A stretch of 64,000 nt of DNA from an uncultured Gammaproteobacteria bacterium. Its GTDB lineage: Bacteria; Cyanobacteriota; Vampirovibrionia; 2-02-FULL-35-15. Under the pieces are notes generated by a model. That model was given only the letters and a program-made list of their open reading frames with translations. It had not been told where the DNA came from and ran no database searches. Positions 38,781 to 49,181 of this stretch are shown one piece after another. The position numbers and the translations under genes were made by a program. The stretch spans positions 86,301 to 150,300 of the forward strand of contig CAZRTB010000002.1 in NCBI GenBank assembly GCA_964602915.1. The letters are read 5' to 3'. The stretch's first letter is position 1. Each line of letters opens with the position of its first letter.

Positions 38781-39611
38781 CTATGACTTTTTCTTTGCTA
38801 TGACAAAATAACCTATTGTATCTCTAGGACTGCCTATTACTGAATCTAAAACTAAGAAGATAATATTAATAATAGGGATTAATAGTGATGAAATAATGAT
38901 TAAGGGTGACTTATAAATAGCGTATAGAAGTGATCCATATAACTCTTTCTTGGAAACTGTTTTATCGCCTTTTATAGCACCGAATATATTTTTTACATGG
39001 TTAAGGTCAAATAATAAAATTAAGGCATTGCAAAAAGCTTGACCAACTACAGCAAAAGATTTTCCAAGTTCTTTCATATAAAGGATTTCAAAGTCTGTAT
39101 CAGTAATTTCTTTATTTAAAATATGTTTTGTGAATCTGATGTAATCATGTGGCTCTTCATGCAAATGCCAATATTGAGGTACTGAAATAATAAAAACACC
39201 ATCTTTCTTTAAAATCCTTTTAAATTCTTTTAAAGTTTCAAATGGTTCTGATACATGTTCTAAAACTGAAAACGAAATTATTGTGTTGACAGAGCTATCT
39301 TCAGCACTGATTTTAGGAAGCTCTGATAAAAAATCATATGTGATATTAGGTTTAATAGCAGATGGGTGTTCATGTTTTAAATACTTCTCTATATTTTTAA
39401 TAAAGTAATTATAAAAAGGTGAAGATCCACATCCTACATCTAATAGAACACCCTTAGCAAAGTGAGAATTTTTTTTAATCTCATTGATAAGGTAAAAATA
39501 TACTAAAAAGCAGTAATTAAAAATTGATAGACTAACCCTATTGTCCTGCCTGATAGCATTTTGCCTGAGGTTAATTGACTCTGATTTCTTATTTTCTTCT
39601 AAAACTACCAT
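38781..39611 (-). CDS. Class I SAM-dependent methyltransferase with a hydrophobic C-terminal tail
   Basis: Motif I LLDVGCGSSPFYNYF, motif II/III ISFSVLEHVSEPFETLKEFKRILKKDGVFIISVP, and a C-terminal roughly 40-aa hydrophobic segment. Confidence 0.6.
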   Translation of the reverse strand: MVVLEENKKSESINLRQNAIRQDNRVSLSIFNYCFLVYFYLINEIKKNSHFAKGVLLDVGCGSSPFYNYFIKNIEKYLKHEHPSAIKPNITYDFLSELPKISAEDSSVNTIISFSVLEHVSEPFETLKEFKRILKKDGVFIISVPQYWHLHEEPHDYIRFTKHILNKEITDTDFEILYMKELGKSFAVVGQAFCNALILLFDLNHVKNIFGAIKGDKTVSKKELYGSLLYAIYKSPLIIISSLLIPIINIIFLVLDSVIGSPRDTIGYFVIAKKKS

Positions 39612-40603
39612 TATGAAATAATCTTAACACTTTCTTTCTTCTCAACATTAAACCAGTTGTAAAATTCAATGATCCCGCCAATTAGACTAGTAAATATACC
39701 AATTATAAAAATTAATAATGAGTAACTTAGTGCTGATGAGCTTTCTATCCCAATTTTACCCATCAGTACAATAAGCGTTCCTTCACGAACTCCTAATCCA
39801 CAAAAACTTATTGGTAATAAACTAGCTAAAGAAATAACAGAGAATAACCATGCAGATTCAATTAAATTTATCTTAATATTTAAACTTAAGGCTAAATAGA
39901 ATAAAGAAAATACATGTGGTGCTTTAGTCATAAAGCTCCAAAATAATGTTTCAAAAAGAATCAATTTATGATTTTTGTATTCTTGAAAATATGTAAGCGA
40001 GAAGTTCTTAATGATTTCAGAATTAATTTTCAACATATCAAAAATCTTTATTAGAAGAGTTTTAACAAAGTTTAATAGCGTATCTATCTTTTCTGTAAAT
40101 AATAAAACAGTGAAAAATAAAGTTATGAGATTAATTGCAGAAATAGAAAAGATCAATTTCTTGTTTTCTCTAAAGTTATCATCAAGAACTAAACCAATTC
40201 CACCTATTATAAAAATAATAAGTAAATTAGTTGCTTTATCTAATATTATTGGAGCCCAAATCTTTTCAACTGAACCTTTCTCTTTTTTTTGTAACTTTAT
40301 CCCTTTAATTAACTCGCCTGAAGTTTGCCCAGGTACAAAAATGCTGTAAAACATTGATATGTAGTTTAGTTTTAAAAGTTCTACGAAGTTACTTTTAATT
40401 CCTAGAGGTTTAGCAAGCCTATACCATTTAAATGCAAGAAAAAAGTGAGATAAAGTACTGAAAATAATCCCAATGAATAAATATCCAGGACTAGCTTTAG
40501 TTAGCAATTTAAATGCTTCTTTAAAATCAACAATTTTTGTAAGCCAAATGATTAAGATTATAAGTAGAGAAAGCTTTAGAATTAAGAAAAAATTCTTTTT
40601 CAT
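39611..40603 (-). CDS. Flippase-like integral membrane protein (UPF0104 / LPG-synthase-TM-like family)
   Basis: 330 aa with about 8 TM helices and no soluble domain. This type of protein typically sits beside GT2 genes in glycolipid clusters. The assignment rests on architecture only. Confidence 0.35.
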   Translation of the reverse strand: MKKNFFLILKLSLLIILIIWLTKIVDFKEAFKLLTKASPGYLFIGIIFSTLSHFFLAFKWYRLAKPLGIKSNFVELLKLNYISMFYSIFVPGQTSGELIKGIKLQKKEKGSVEKIWAPIILDKATNLLIIFIIGGIGLVLDDNFRENKKLIFSISAINLITLFFTVLLFTEKIDTLLNFVKTLLIKIFDMLKINSEIIKNFSLTYFQEYKNHKLILFETLFWSFMTKAPHVFSLFYLALSLNIKINLIESAWLFSVISLASLLPISFCGLGVREGTLIVLMGKIGIESSSALSYSLLIFIIGIFTSLIGGIIEFYNWFNVEKKESVKIIS

Positions 40604-40604
40604 T

Positions 40605-41693
40605 TTAACCCGATCTATAGTTTTGACAGCCAGTACATGCTAATGGCATTTTTTTGTAAAAGCCACCTCTAAAATCTACGAATTCTTCTGAATTCCAAAT
40701 CTGTTCAAATGGAGTTTCAAAGACATTTCCCATGTTTAAGATACTTGGATTGCTTATAGTACAGCAAGGAGTTACAAATCCTTCTGCTGTAATATTTGGG
40801 CTGAACCACGGCAATTTACATTGACCTAAGTTATTTGAGGATTTTCCAAAACTTTCAGTAATAATTTCAGTTTTAATTTCTTTTTTCCATACTTCAAGCT
40901 TTTCTGAAAAACTTTCTATTTCTTCTGGTTTTAATGAGGATTCACATAAAGATTTATCAGCGACTGAGCTCATAAATAGTTGAATATACAAAACATCAAT
41001 TCCGATTTCATTGGATTTACGAACTAGCTCTTCCATATAAGGTTCAGTTTCTTTCATTAGAATTGCTCTAAAAGATACTATAGGCTTACTTATTCCCAAC
41101 TCTTTTTTTATTTCAATAAATCTTTTAATATTTTCTGAAATTTTAGCTATAGATGCGCCGCTTCTGGTTTTAGCAAAGACTTCTTCATTGAAGCTATTTA
41201 CAGAAATTGATAAATTGCTTAAACCTGAAGAAATTAATTCTCTTGATTTTGTCTCTGTTAAAATAGTGCCATTTGTGTTTATATAGGTAGAAATTCCTTT
41301 TTCAGTACAGTATTCAATCATTTTCATTATGTCTTTGTTCAAAAGAGGTTCACCTACTCCTTGGAGAGTTACATATACTAGAGAAGGAATCTGATCAATC
41401 GTTTTTTTAAACTGTTCAAAATCTATATCATTTTTACTATATCCGTTATATGCCATATCTGTTCCTAGAGGACAGGTTGGGCATGTTAAATTACAGCGAT
41501 TTGTTACTTCAACAAATAAACATGGTGGTAAATAATTTACTCGACCGGGATGTTTTTCTTTTATTGCAGACACTGAAACATTTACTAGGTTAACTAAGCC
41601 TTTGTATCCCTGAAACTGGATAACTCTATTTAAGAGGTCAGATCCTACTTGTCTATCAACTTTTTCTTTTAAGTTTTTTAAATATGTAATCAT
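40605..41693 (-). CDS. Radical SAM protein with a C-terminal SPASM/twitch-like Cys cluster
   Basis: CxxxCxxC in VEVTNRCNLTCPTCP. C-terminal cysteines CKLPWFSPNITAEGFVTPCC and CTGCQNY suggest an auxiliary Fe-S domain. Confidence 0.65.
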   Translation of the reverse strand: MITYLKNLKEKVDRQVGSDLLNRVIQFQGYKGLVNLVNVSVSAIKEKHPGRVNYLPPCLFVEVTNRCNLTCPTCPLGTDMAYNGYSKNDIDFEQFKKTIDQIPSLVYVTLQGVGEPLLNKDIMKMIEYCTEKGISTYINTNGTILTETKSRELISSGLSNLSISVNSFNEEVFAKTRSGASIAKISENIKRFIEIKKELGISKPIVSFRAILMKETEPYMEELVRKSNEIGIDVLYIQLFMSSVADKSLCESSLKPEEIESFSEKLEVWKKEIKTEIITESFGKSSNNLGQCKLPWFSPNITAEGFVTPCCTISNPSILNMGNVFETPFEQIWNSEEFVDFRGGFYKKMPLACTGCQNYRSG

Positions 41694-41742
41694 AATAATT
41701 ATATTAAGGATATCATTTGCTAGTGGGTTATAATTTTAACTT

Positions 41743-42297
41743 ATGTTAGATGAATTTAATAAGGATTTTAAAAATGTATTTAATGGTAATCCGCTAACGG
41801 TATTACAGAGATACATTTTTTTAACTATATATGGAATATTTAAATATCTTCCAACACCAATCGGTGATATTTTGAGAGCTGTTTTTTTAAAGCTATTTTT
41901 GAAAAAAATAAATACAATTTGGATAAGAGAAGGTGTAACATTTCACTTTCCTGAAAATATTTCTATGGGAAAAAGTATGGTTGCTGAATTTGTTTATTTT
42001 AATGGATATGGTGGAATTGAAATTGGAGATAAAGTTTTAATAGGTGCAAATAGCATGTTCTTTTCTCATGATCATAATTTTAGTGATATTACAAAACCCA
42101 TATGGCATCAGGGGCTAACAAAAAAACCTATAGTTATAAAAGATAATGTTTATATAGGGTGTGGGGTAACTGTTTTAGGAAATGTAACTGTAAATAGTGG
42201 ATCAGTAATTGGTGCTGGTAGTGTAGTAATTGAAGATGTTCCTGAAAATTCTATAGTAGCTGGAATTCCTGCTAAAGTGATAGGAGAGAGATCTTAA
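41743..42297 (+). CDS. Hexapeptide-repeat (LbH) acetyltransferase, WbbJ/LacA/maltose O-acetyltransferase-like
   Basis: Hexapeptide repeats IGDKVLIGANSMFF and IGCGVTVLGNVTVNSGSVIGAGSVV, with the conserved SHDHNF region. Confidence 0.7.
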   Translation: MLDEFNKDFKNVFNGNPLTVLQRYIFLTIYGIFKYLPTPIGDILRAVFLKLFLKKINTIWIREGVTFHFPENISMGKSMVAEFVYFNGYGGIEIGDKVLIGANSMFFSHDHNFSDITKPIWHQGLTKKPIVIKDNVYIGCGVTVLGNVTVNSGSVIGAGSVVIEDVPENSIVAGIPAKVIGERS

Positions 42298-44618
42298 AAA
42301 TCTTTTTCTATGCTAATGTTTGAATTTATTAAACCATTTACGGACTGGATTTTACTTTCAAACTCGCTAATAATAATAGTTTGAGCTGTTATTAAATCTC
42401 TCTTTAGTTGTGGATATTTTTTCTGCAATTCTTTTAAATATATTAAGGCATCTTTCATGGAAGATTTTAAAACTATTTTTCTTGTTTTTAAATTGGCTAT
42501 TTCTACTGGTTCACCACTGTTATTAATAAGTACCCATGCAGTTTTTCTTTTGTAGTGGTTAAGAGTATTTTTAATGTTAGTAGTATGGTAAATCTTTACC
42601 CATGTATCCCCTAAACCTTTAGAATAAACAAGTCTAAAAATCTCCTTATTTTCAAGTAGGGACGAAATGTTAATTGGAATAAGGTTATTTGGAGATTCTT
42701 CAACAGCAACCCACTTTAAATTTAACTCATTTAGAAGGTGAGGATCAAAAGTTGAGAAGATTGTGAAAAATACACTATCATATTGTGAATATATCTGATC
42801 CTGATAAATAAATTTACCTGGAACAGATAGTGAATAAACTCCGGCATATAGAGGCAATGCAGGAATTGAACTAACAGAAAAGTCTCCAGGATTACTGTTT
42901 TCTTTTAAGTATTTAATAGTGTCAGCATATTTAATGGTAGGATTGTATTTAATCTGGTACAAGAAATCATTTAAAGACTTAGAGAAAAGCTTCATATCCT
43001 CTACACTTTTAATAATTCTAATATTCTTGAAAACGAATTTTGAAAAAACTTTATCACTGAAAAAATAAGGAGTGAAAAAGATATTGATAAATAGTTGTAA
43101 AATTGGTGAAGTACAGAATCCTATTAGTATTAGTGCAATAAAAATCTTTTTCTTAAATAAATTTCTATATTGCTCCCATAGTCCGATGATAATTAATATT
43201 ACTAGTATAGTATTTCCAAAGCCAAACATTCTATTGAAGTCAGTTGGATTAGTTTTAAAATTTATTATTAAAGGAGCTGGCATTGTGCAGATCGCACAAA
43301 GAAATAATAAAATACCAAATAGATTCTTTGATTTTATGATATATCTTATGGCAAAAGGTAAAAGTAATAAACTCAATCCAAACTCACATACAAAATCCCA
43401 GGATAGAATATTAATTTTTGAATATAGATTTAACTGATCATTAAATCTTCCCCACGTAGGTAAGAACAAATCTTTTTTCAATTCGATGTTAAATATATTT
43501 GCTCTACCTAAAGAATATAAGCCATCTTGTAAAAAAAATGGATTCCCAAAAGTTTTATTTAAAACTGAGCAAGTTAGGATAATTGCAAAGGTGTATTTAA
43601 GATTTTTCCAGTCTTTATTTTTGATAAATACAAATGAAAAAGGAATTACTCCTACCATGAAAGTTAAGTAAAGCCATTCAGCTGTTAAATATAATGAAAA
43701 AAGAGAAATTATAAGAGCTAAAATATAATATTTTTTATTTACTTCATTGCAATTAATCATTATCCAGAAAAGGATGAGTGAAAAAATTAAAAATGCAATC
43801 CCAGGTGCCCATGTGGAAACAAAAGTAAGAATGGATGGTGGGTTAATTACTGATCCATGTGCGCCAAAGTTGAAAAGAACTTCTATAAATCCTGAATTAA
43901 TAAAATCTTTTGGAAGTGCTTTAGTGAAAAATCTAAAAAAAGTATCTAACCACAACAATCCACCACTAAAATAAGTACAGAAAGCTGATAAGAGTGAAAT
44001 CTTATAACTCTTGCTTAAGGTCCAAGAGAGTAAGAAATATCCTAGAAAAATTGTGCCACTAAATAAAGCACAAATCAATTCATAACATCTGACAATTTCA
44101 ACTTTGCTAATCATATAAAATGCACCAGCTAGAATATCCCCTCCGTAGTGATATAGGACTGAATATGCAGGTCTGAAAAAATCTCTCGGAGGATATATAT
44201 CATTATGGAAAATGGTAAGAACAAGTGGCGTATGAAAATTCTTATCAATTACTCCGTATTTTTGAAGACATATAAGTGAGAGTAAATCTACACATAGAAA
44301 AATAAGAAGTAATACCACAAGCTTATTTTTTGAATATTCTATTTCCAATTCAAATTTTTCATTTTTTGTTTTAAAAATAACAAATATTACTGATACCAAT
44401 AAAACTAAAAATGAGATGTATGTGGACTTGATTGGTCCAAAAATAAAGGCTATAAGCTGAAATATAAATAAATAAGTACTTGTTCCTAAGGAAAATGAAA
44501 GAGCCAATAAATAAATTAATGATTTAATTTTAAAGAATTTATTTAATGTGATAAATCCAAAAGAGTATACTAATAATATTAATATTCCAAATATGATGTA
44601 AGGATTTAAAAAATTCAT
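42294..44618 (-). CDS. Large polytopic membrane protein of unknown family (putative glycan polymerase or transferase); paralog of 44695..47004
   Basis: 774 aa with about 12-14 TM helices over the N-terminal 480 aa and a soluble C-terminal domain. It shares a YHYGGDILAGAF motif and a C-terminal LNLKWVAVEE motif with the divergent neighbour. Confidence 0.4.
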   Translation of the reverse strand: MNFLNPYIIFGILILLVYSFGFITLNKFFKIKSLIYLLALSFSLGTSTYLFIFQLIAFIFGPIKSTYISFLVLLVSVIFVIFKTKNEKFELEIEYSKNKLVVLLLIFLCVDLLSLICLQKYGVIDKNFHTPLVLTIFHNDIYPPRDFFRPAYSVLYHYGGDILAGAFYMISKVEIVRCYELICALFSGTIFLGYFLLSWTLSKSYKISLLSAFCTYFSGGLLWLDTFFRFFTKALPKDFINSGFIEVLFNFGAHGSVINPPSILTFVSTWAPGIAFLIFSLILFWIMINCNEVNKKYYILALIISLFSLYLTAEWLYLTFMVGVIPFSFVFIKNKDWKNLKYTFAIILTCSVLNKTFGNPFFLQDGLYSLGRANIFNIELKKDLFLPTWGRFNDQLNLYSKINILSWDFVCEFGLSLLLLPFAIRYIIKSKNLFGILLFLCAICTMPAPLIINFKTNPTDFNRMFGFGNTILVILIIIGLWEQYRNLFKKKIFIALILIGFCTSPILQLFINIFFTPYFFSDKVFSKFVFKNIRIIKSVEDMKLFSKSLNDFLYQIKYNPTIKYADTIKYLKENSNPGDFSVSSIPALPLYAGVYSLSVPGKFIYQDQIYSQYDSVFFTIFSTFDPHLLNELNLKWVAVEESPNNLIPINISSLLENKEIFRLVYSKGLGDTWVKIYHTTNIKNTLNHYKRKTAWVLINNSGEPVEIANLKTRKIVLKSSMKDALIYLKELQKKYPQLKRDLITAQTIIISEFESKIQSVNGLINSNISIEKDF

Positions 44619-44694
44619 TAACTTTAAGTTTCTTTTTGAGAAGGATCTTTTTATTACGTAAGTTAAATCCTAATATATAAGTTACATTATTAAT

Positions 44695-47004
44695 ATGCTT
44701 ATTCTGAAATTATTTATATTTATTTCCATAATTTTTTCTTTAGGATTTGTTTTTCTTAAAAGAATACTTTTAATTAATTCTTTAGTTTATCTGGTGCCAT
44801 TTTCTTTTGTTATAGGAATGGCTTTTTTCCTGGATATAATATCGATATTTGCTTATTTCTTTGGTATTAGTAATGCAGTTATTCTTGCATTAATACTAAT
44901 GCTAATTTTTTCTCTATTAATTGTATATTTCAAGAAAACAACTTTATCTAAAGTTGATATTAACTTTACAAAAAATGAACTATCAATTTTAGGACTTTTC
45001 TTATTAATACTTTCTATTGTTACCATTTTTATCACAGATACGTGGCCAATCTCAGATTATGATTTTCACCTATCTAGCGTTAATCACTTTTTAAAGACAA
45101 ATAAATTTCCGAATGATTTCTCTAATTGGCCTCACTTATTTACGCCATACCATTATGGCTTTGATATTATTTGTGCAGGATTAGCTAGCTTCTTTAGAAT
45201 TGATGCTACAACAATATTTAAGTTCATAGTGAGTATTTCTTCGGTGACTACGTTCCTTTCAGCATTTGCTCTTTCTAAATTTATAATTGAGCGCTTCCCT
45301 AATCTTAAAAATAATTCCAATGATTTCTTTACAACTTTTAGTGGAGCTATATTCTTTTATTTTACTGGCAACTTCTTACTTACAGATTCAATCTTCAGGT
45401 ATTTATTTAAATTGTATCCTGTTCAAGAAGGATGGAGCTTTTTGAAAACGGTATTAAATCTAGGCTTTCATGGCGGAGTGTTTAATGATATCGCTAGTGG
45501 TGGGATTTTATTTCCTTCTTTTATATTTGGTATCCAGTTTTTTTTGGTATTTTTAGTGTTTTTATATAAGTTTATAAACAGTGATAAATTTAACTATTTT
45601 AAGTTTATTTTACTTTTTGTACTAGGAATAGCATTGATTCATACTGCAGAATCAATACTTTTTACTTTGCTTTGTTCACTTTTCTTAATGCCAATAGTAA
45701 CTGTTCTTATTTCAAGAAAAGAAAATCCTAAAAAAGTGGTTTTACGCTGTCTTATGTCTGCAGGTTTAATTTTACTAATAATATTTTTAAATTCCATTTC
45801 TTATAATTTTCTAAAATCAAACTATTATTATCTGCCAACTTTTCTAGAGCTGACATTAAACCCAAACTTTCCAATGATAGAGATCTTTGGAAGATTTGGA
45901 GATGTTAATAATCATATGAACATTTCAGTCTTTTCCTGGGACTATATTTCAGAATTGGGCATTCAATTTCTTCTATCAATTATTATTCTTTGGTGGGTTG
46001 TAAAGAACAACTCAAAGTTTTCAAGCCTTGCGATATCTATTTTTCTTATTGGTACTATCTCTTCAATGCTCCTATATATAAAAAGCTCTCCGCCAGATTC
46101 TTTAAGGCTACTTCATCCAGGAATTGAACTTCTAAACATGCTATTTTGTCTCTTTGCTTTATCTAATTTAAAGAATATATTTAAACCAATTTTTTTCTTC
46201 TTTTTTACATTTCAACCACTCTTAAAATTCCTACTTGCAGGAATCTTTACTTTAAGCATTTTTGTAAATTCCCAATACCCCGAAGTACTTAACTCTGTTA
46301 TTAGAGAGTCAGTAGCTAAAAATAACGTTGTATTATTTACTGAACAGCTTAAGAATCTAAAAAATATGGTGAGGAATTCATATGCATGTTCTGATGTCCA
46401 TAAAAATTTATCTAACTATTTGCTCAAGAATTATACTGGTATTGAATGTGGAATATCAATTAATCCAAAACCTTTTGATTTGGCAGGAATTCCCTGCTAT
46501 ATTTCTAGAACAGCTTCACTCCCAAAAAGACTTTCATTTTTTACTTTATTAAAGACCTTAGATCCGTTTATTTTAAAAGAATTGAATATAAAGTGGATTT
46601 ATATAGATAGTCAATCTCAGCAATATATAGATGAAAAAATTATTAATGAAATGATTAAATTTGGTTATTTAAAGTTAATAAAAACAGAGCATGATGAATT
46701 GTCAGATCAATATTCTTCTCTCTATGAGTTTGTAAATCTAGATGATTATATAAGTAAGTATGAAAGAAGGGTTTATTGGACCTATGTAAAATATATGAAT
46801 GATACGCTAATTGTCATTCCAGAAGGAAATGAAATACAGAGCGTTTATTTATTTAAAACTGAAAAAGAAGCTAATAACTTCTTGAAAGAAATTATCAAAA
46901 AGAATAAAAATCTTGATCTTTATAAACCATTTGTTAATGCTGTTGAAAAGGACTTAATTCTCGGGAAAGCACAGCAAAATGGATTTTTAGTTAAATATCT
47001 TTAA
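44695..47004 (+). CDS. Large polytopic membrane protein of unknown family; paralog of 42294..44618
   Basis: 769 aa with the same architecture. The motifs YHYGFDIICAGLASFF and LNIKWIYIDSQ match the neighbour. The two are divergently transcribed from a 76-bp intergenic region. Confidence 0.4.
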   Translation: MLILKLFIFISIIFSLGFVFLKRILLINSLVYLVPFSFVIGMAFFLDIISIFAYFFGISNAVILALILMLIFSLLIVYFKKTTLSKVDINFTKNELSILGLFLLILSIVTIFITDTWPISDYDFHLSSVNHFLKTNKFPNDFSNWPHLFTPYHYGFDIICAGLASFFRIDATTIFKFIVSISSVTTFLSAFALSKFIIERFPNLKNNSNDFFTTFSGAIFFYFTGNFLLTDSIFRYLFKLYPVQEGWSFLKTVLNLGFHGGVFNDIASGGILFPSFIFGIQFFLVFLVFLYKFINSDKFNYFKFILLFVLGIALIHTAESILFTLLCSLFLMPIVTVLISRKENPKKVVLRCLMSAGLILLIIFLNSISYNFLKSNYYYLPTFLELTLNPNFPMIEIFGRFGDVNNHMNISVFSWDYISELGIQFLLSIIILWWVVKNNSKFSSLAISIFLIGTISSMLLYIKSSPPDSLRLLHPGIELLNMLFCLFALSNLKNIFKPIFFFFFTFQPLLKFLLAGIFTLSIFVNSQYPEVLNSVIRESVAKNNVVLFTEQLKNLKNMVRNSYACSDVHKNLSNYLLKNYTGIECGISINPKPFDLAGIPCYISRTASLPKRLSFFTLLKTLDPFILKELNIKWIYIDSQSQQYIDEKIINEMIKFGYLKLIKTEHDELSDQYSSLYEFVNLDDYISKYERRVYWTYVKYMNDTLIVIPEGNEIQSVYLFKTEKEANNFLKEIIKKNKNLDLYKPFVNAVEKDLILGKAQQNGFLVKYL

Positions 47005-49181
47005 TTCTTTTTAATGGTTAAAAGCTTCTCTAATGCAGAGTCTATTTTTAACTTAAGATTTTCATTTGCATTACTTCCATTAGCTTTATCTTTTGCAAGG
47101 GTTAAATATTTTATTGCATTATCAAAATCATTATTTCTAATAAAAAAGCTTGATACTAAATATAGAGATAATGGATTTTCGCTATCTGTTCCAGTAATTT
47201 TTTTTACTACCAGTTCAGCACTTTTTAAATCATTTATAGTTAAGAATGCTACTAAAGCTTCTCTGTAAAAAAGACTATTATGTGTTCTCAAACCATTTAA
47301 ATATGAATATTTTGCATATTCTGAAAGATTACCTTCTGTTTGTGATGTTTTTAAGGCTTCAAGCAATATTTCTTTAGAGTAGGGGAAAAGTTTTAATCCT
47401 TCTAATAAATATTTTTTTGAGGTTGGCAGGTCTTTCTCTATATCTCTTTTTAACCTTATTAAAGATAGTATTGTAATTGGTAGCTTTGGATAATCATCAT
47501 ACATCTTGTGAAATATATCTCTAGCTTGGTTTAATTTATTATTTTTAATTAATAGATTTGCATAAAGTTCTAAAGCTAATGGATCCAGCTTTTTAATATG
47601 TTTAATGCTCGATTCATAGTTAGATAGATTGCTCTTTAAAAGATTTTGATCTGTTGATTCTAAATCAATTAATGATAAGTAATAAATTCCTTTAGAGATA
47701 AAAGAATCTTTATCTAGTCCATAAGAATAGATGATTCCAGGAGTGGGTTTATTATTCTCATCTTTTAATTTTGACAAGGCTTTATTGACATATGTTTTTG
47801 CAGTGTTTTTGTAGTTTTCATATTCTTCTTTTGAATTTGAACAGTTGACTGCTAAATCGTTGTATCTAAAGGCTTTAAGAAGAAGGTTATTTGAAGTTTT
47901 TATGCTCGATGTTATTAATGCGTAGTTGTTTGTCCAGTCAAGAGTTCTAATCATTGTTCTTGTGGAAAAACATATTAATAATATTAAAAGAGCAATTTTC
48001 TCTACTTTTTTATTTTTAACAGTTGAAGAAAATATAGAATATCCAAATACTAAGAAGAAAATAGGTGTATATAAATATCTTTCTGCAAAAAGACAATATG
48101 TCTGAGATAAAACTTGTGAAAAAGGAAGAATGCTGATTATAAAAAGAGACGATGTCGTGACAAGCCAGAATCTTGATTTGTTTTTTAGATATAAATAACA
48201 TGGAACTGTTATCCATGCAGTTATTGCTAAAATGCAAAAAATACTATACGTATCAAATAAGCTTTCTCCTAGTTTTACTAATGATGATTGATCTAGAGAT
48301 AAAGCTTTTGGAAAAAATGACAATTTTATAGCATGAAAAATTATTTGTGGCGATAACCATAAAATTCTTTCAACTATTAGTTTTATAGAGCTCTCACCAG
48401 TTTTTATAAACTCATATTTGGAGAGAGTAAAATAGGCTACAAACAATAAAAATCCAACTAAATAAGGACTGGTTTTTTTAATTGATTGAAGTAATGAGTC
48501 TCTAAGATTACTTTTTTTAAGCTCATTTAATATTGAAAAAGCAAATACTGTCAAAGGTAGCATGATGATATGTTCATTAAACATTAGGAATAAAATAAAA
48601 ATTGTTAGTATAGAAATACTTCTTTTTAATGAAAGATCATTACTTATATTTAGAATAAAGTCATAAAATAGATAAAAGAATGCTGTATAGCTTAGTGTTG
48701 CACTCATATTTGTGCTTAAAAGAATAGACTCCGCATGTACAGGATGACATGACCAGAGTAGCGTAAGTATTATTAATATCAAATTATCTTTTGTAAAAGA
48801 TTTTAATATTAAAAATACAAAGATTGTGTTGATCATATGCAAGATTAAATTAAATAAATGATATAAAAAAGCACTTTTACCAAAAAACAGTCCAGTTATT
48901 AAAAGAAATGGTGTTGAAAAAATGCTATTTCTTTTAATTGATACGACTGAAGAATATAAGTAATTTGATGAAGTTAAGTTATTCTCTATCCCAAAAGTTT
49001 TAACTATTTCAAAAACTTCTTCTAAGGAATGTGGAATCGGAATTAAGTCCTCATTATAAATTAATCTTTCATCATAGAAAATCCAGGGTCTGTTTAAGGT
49101 ATGAAGATAAATAAATAAGACTACAATTATGCATATTGTTATGCTTGCTAATGTTTTATTTTTAAAGATTAATTCTTTCAT
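47001..49181 (-). CDS. TPR-repeat-containing GT-C (PMT_2/TMTC-like) membrane glycosyltransferase, paralog 5 of 5
   Basis: N-terminal multi-TM domain with WIFYDERLIYNE (DE motif after TM1) and YHLFNLILHMINTIFVFLIL (the H..N...H hallmark), plus ERYLY and RTLDW motifs. The C-terminal half is TPR-like. Confidence 0.5.
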   Translation of the reverse strand: MKELIFKNKTLASITICIIVVLFIYLHTLNRPWIFYDERLIYNEDLIPIPHSLEEVFEIVKTFGIENNLTSSNYLYSSVVSIKRNSIFSTPFLLITGLFFGKSAFLYHLFNLILHMINTIFVFLILKSFTKDNLILIILTLLWSCHPVHAESILLSTNMSATLSYTAFFYLFYDFILNISNDLSLKRSISILTIFILFLMFNEHIIMLPLTVFAFSILNELKKSNLRDSLLQSIKKTSPYLVGFLLFVAYFTLSKYEFIKTGESSIKLIVERILWLSPQIIFHAIKLSFFPKALSLDQSSLVKLGESLFDTYSIFCILAITAWITVPCYLYLKNKSRFWLVTTSSLFIISILPFSQVLSQTYCLFAERYLYTPIFFLVFGYSIFSSTVKNKKVEKIALLILLICFSTRTMIRTLDWTNNYALITSSIKTSNNLLLKAFRYNDLAVNCSNSKEEYENYKNTAKTYVNKALSKLKDENNKPTPGIIYSYGLDKDSFISKGIYYLSLIDLESTDQNLLKSNLSNYESSIKHIKKLDPLALELYANLLIKNNKLNQARDIFHKMYDDYPKLPITILSLIRLKRDIEKDLPTSKKYLLEGLKLFPYSKEILLEALKTSQTEGNLSEYAKYSYLNGLRTHNSLFYREALVAFLTINDLKSAELVVKKITGTDSENPLSLYLVSSFFIRNNDFDNAIKYLTLAKDKANGSNANENLKLKIDSALEKLLTIKKN

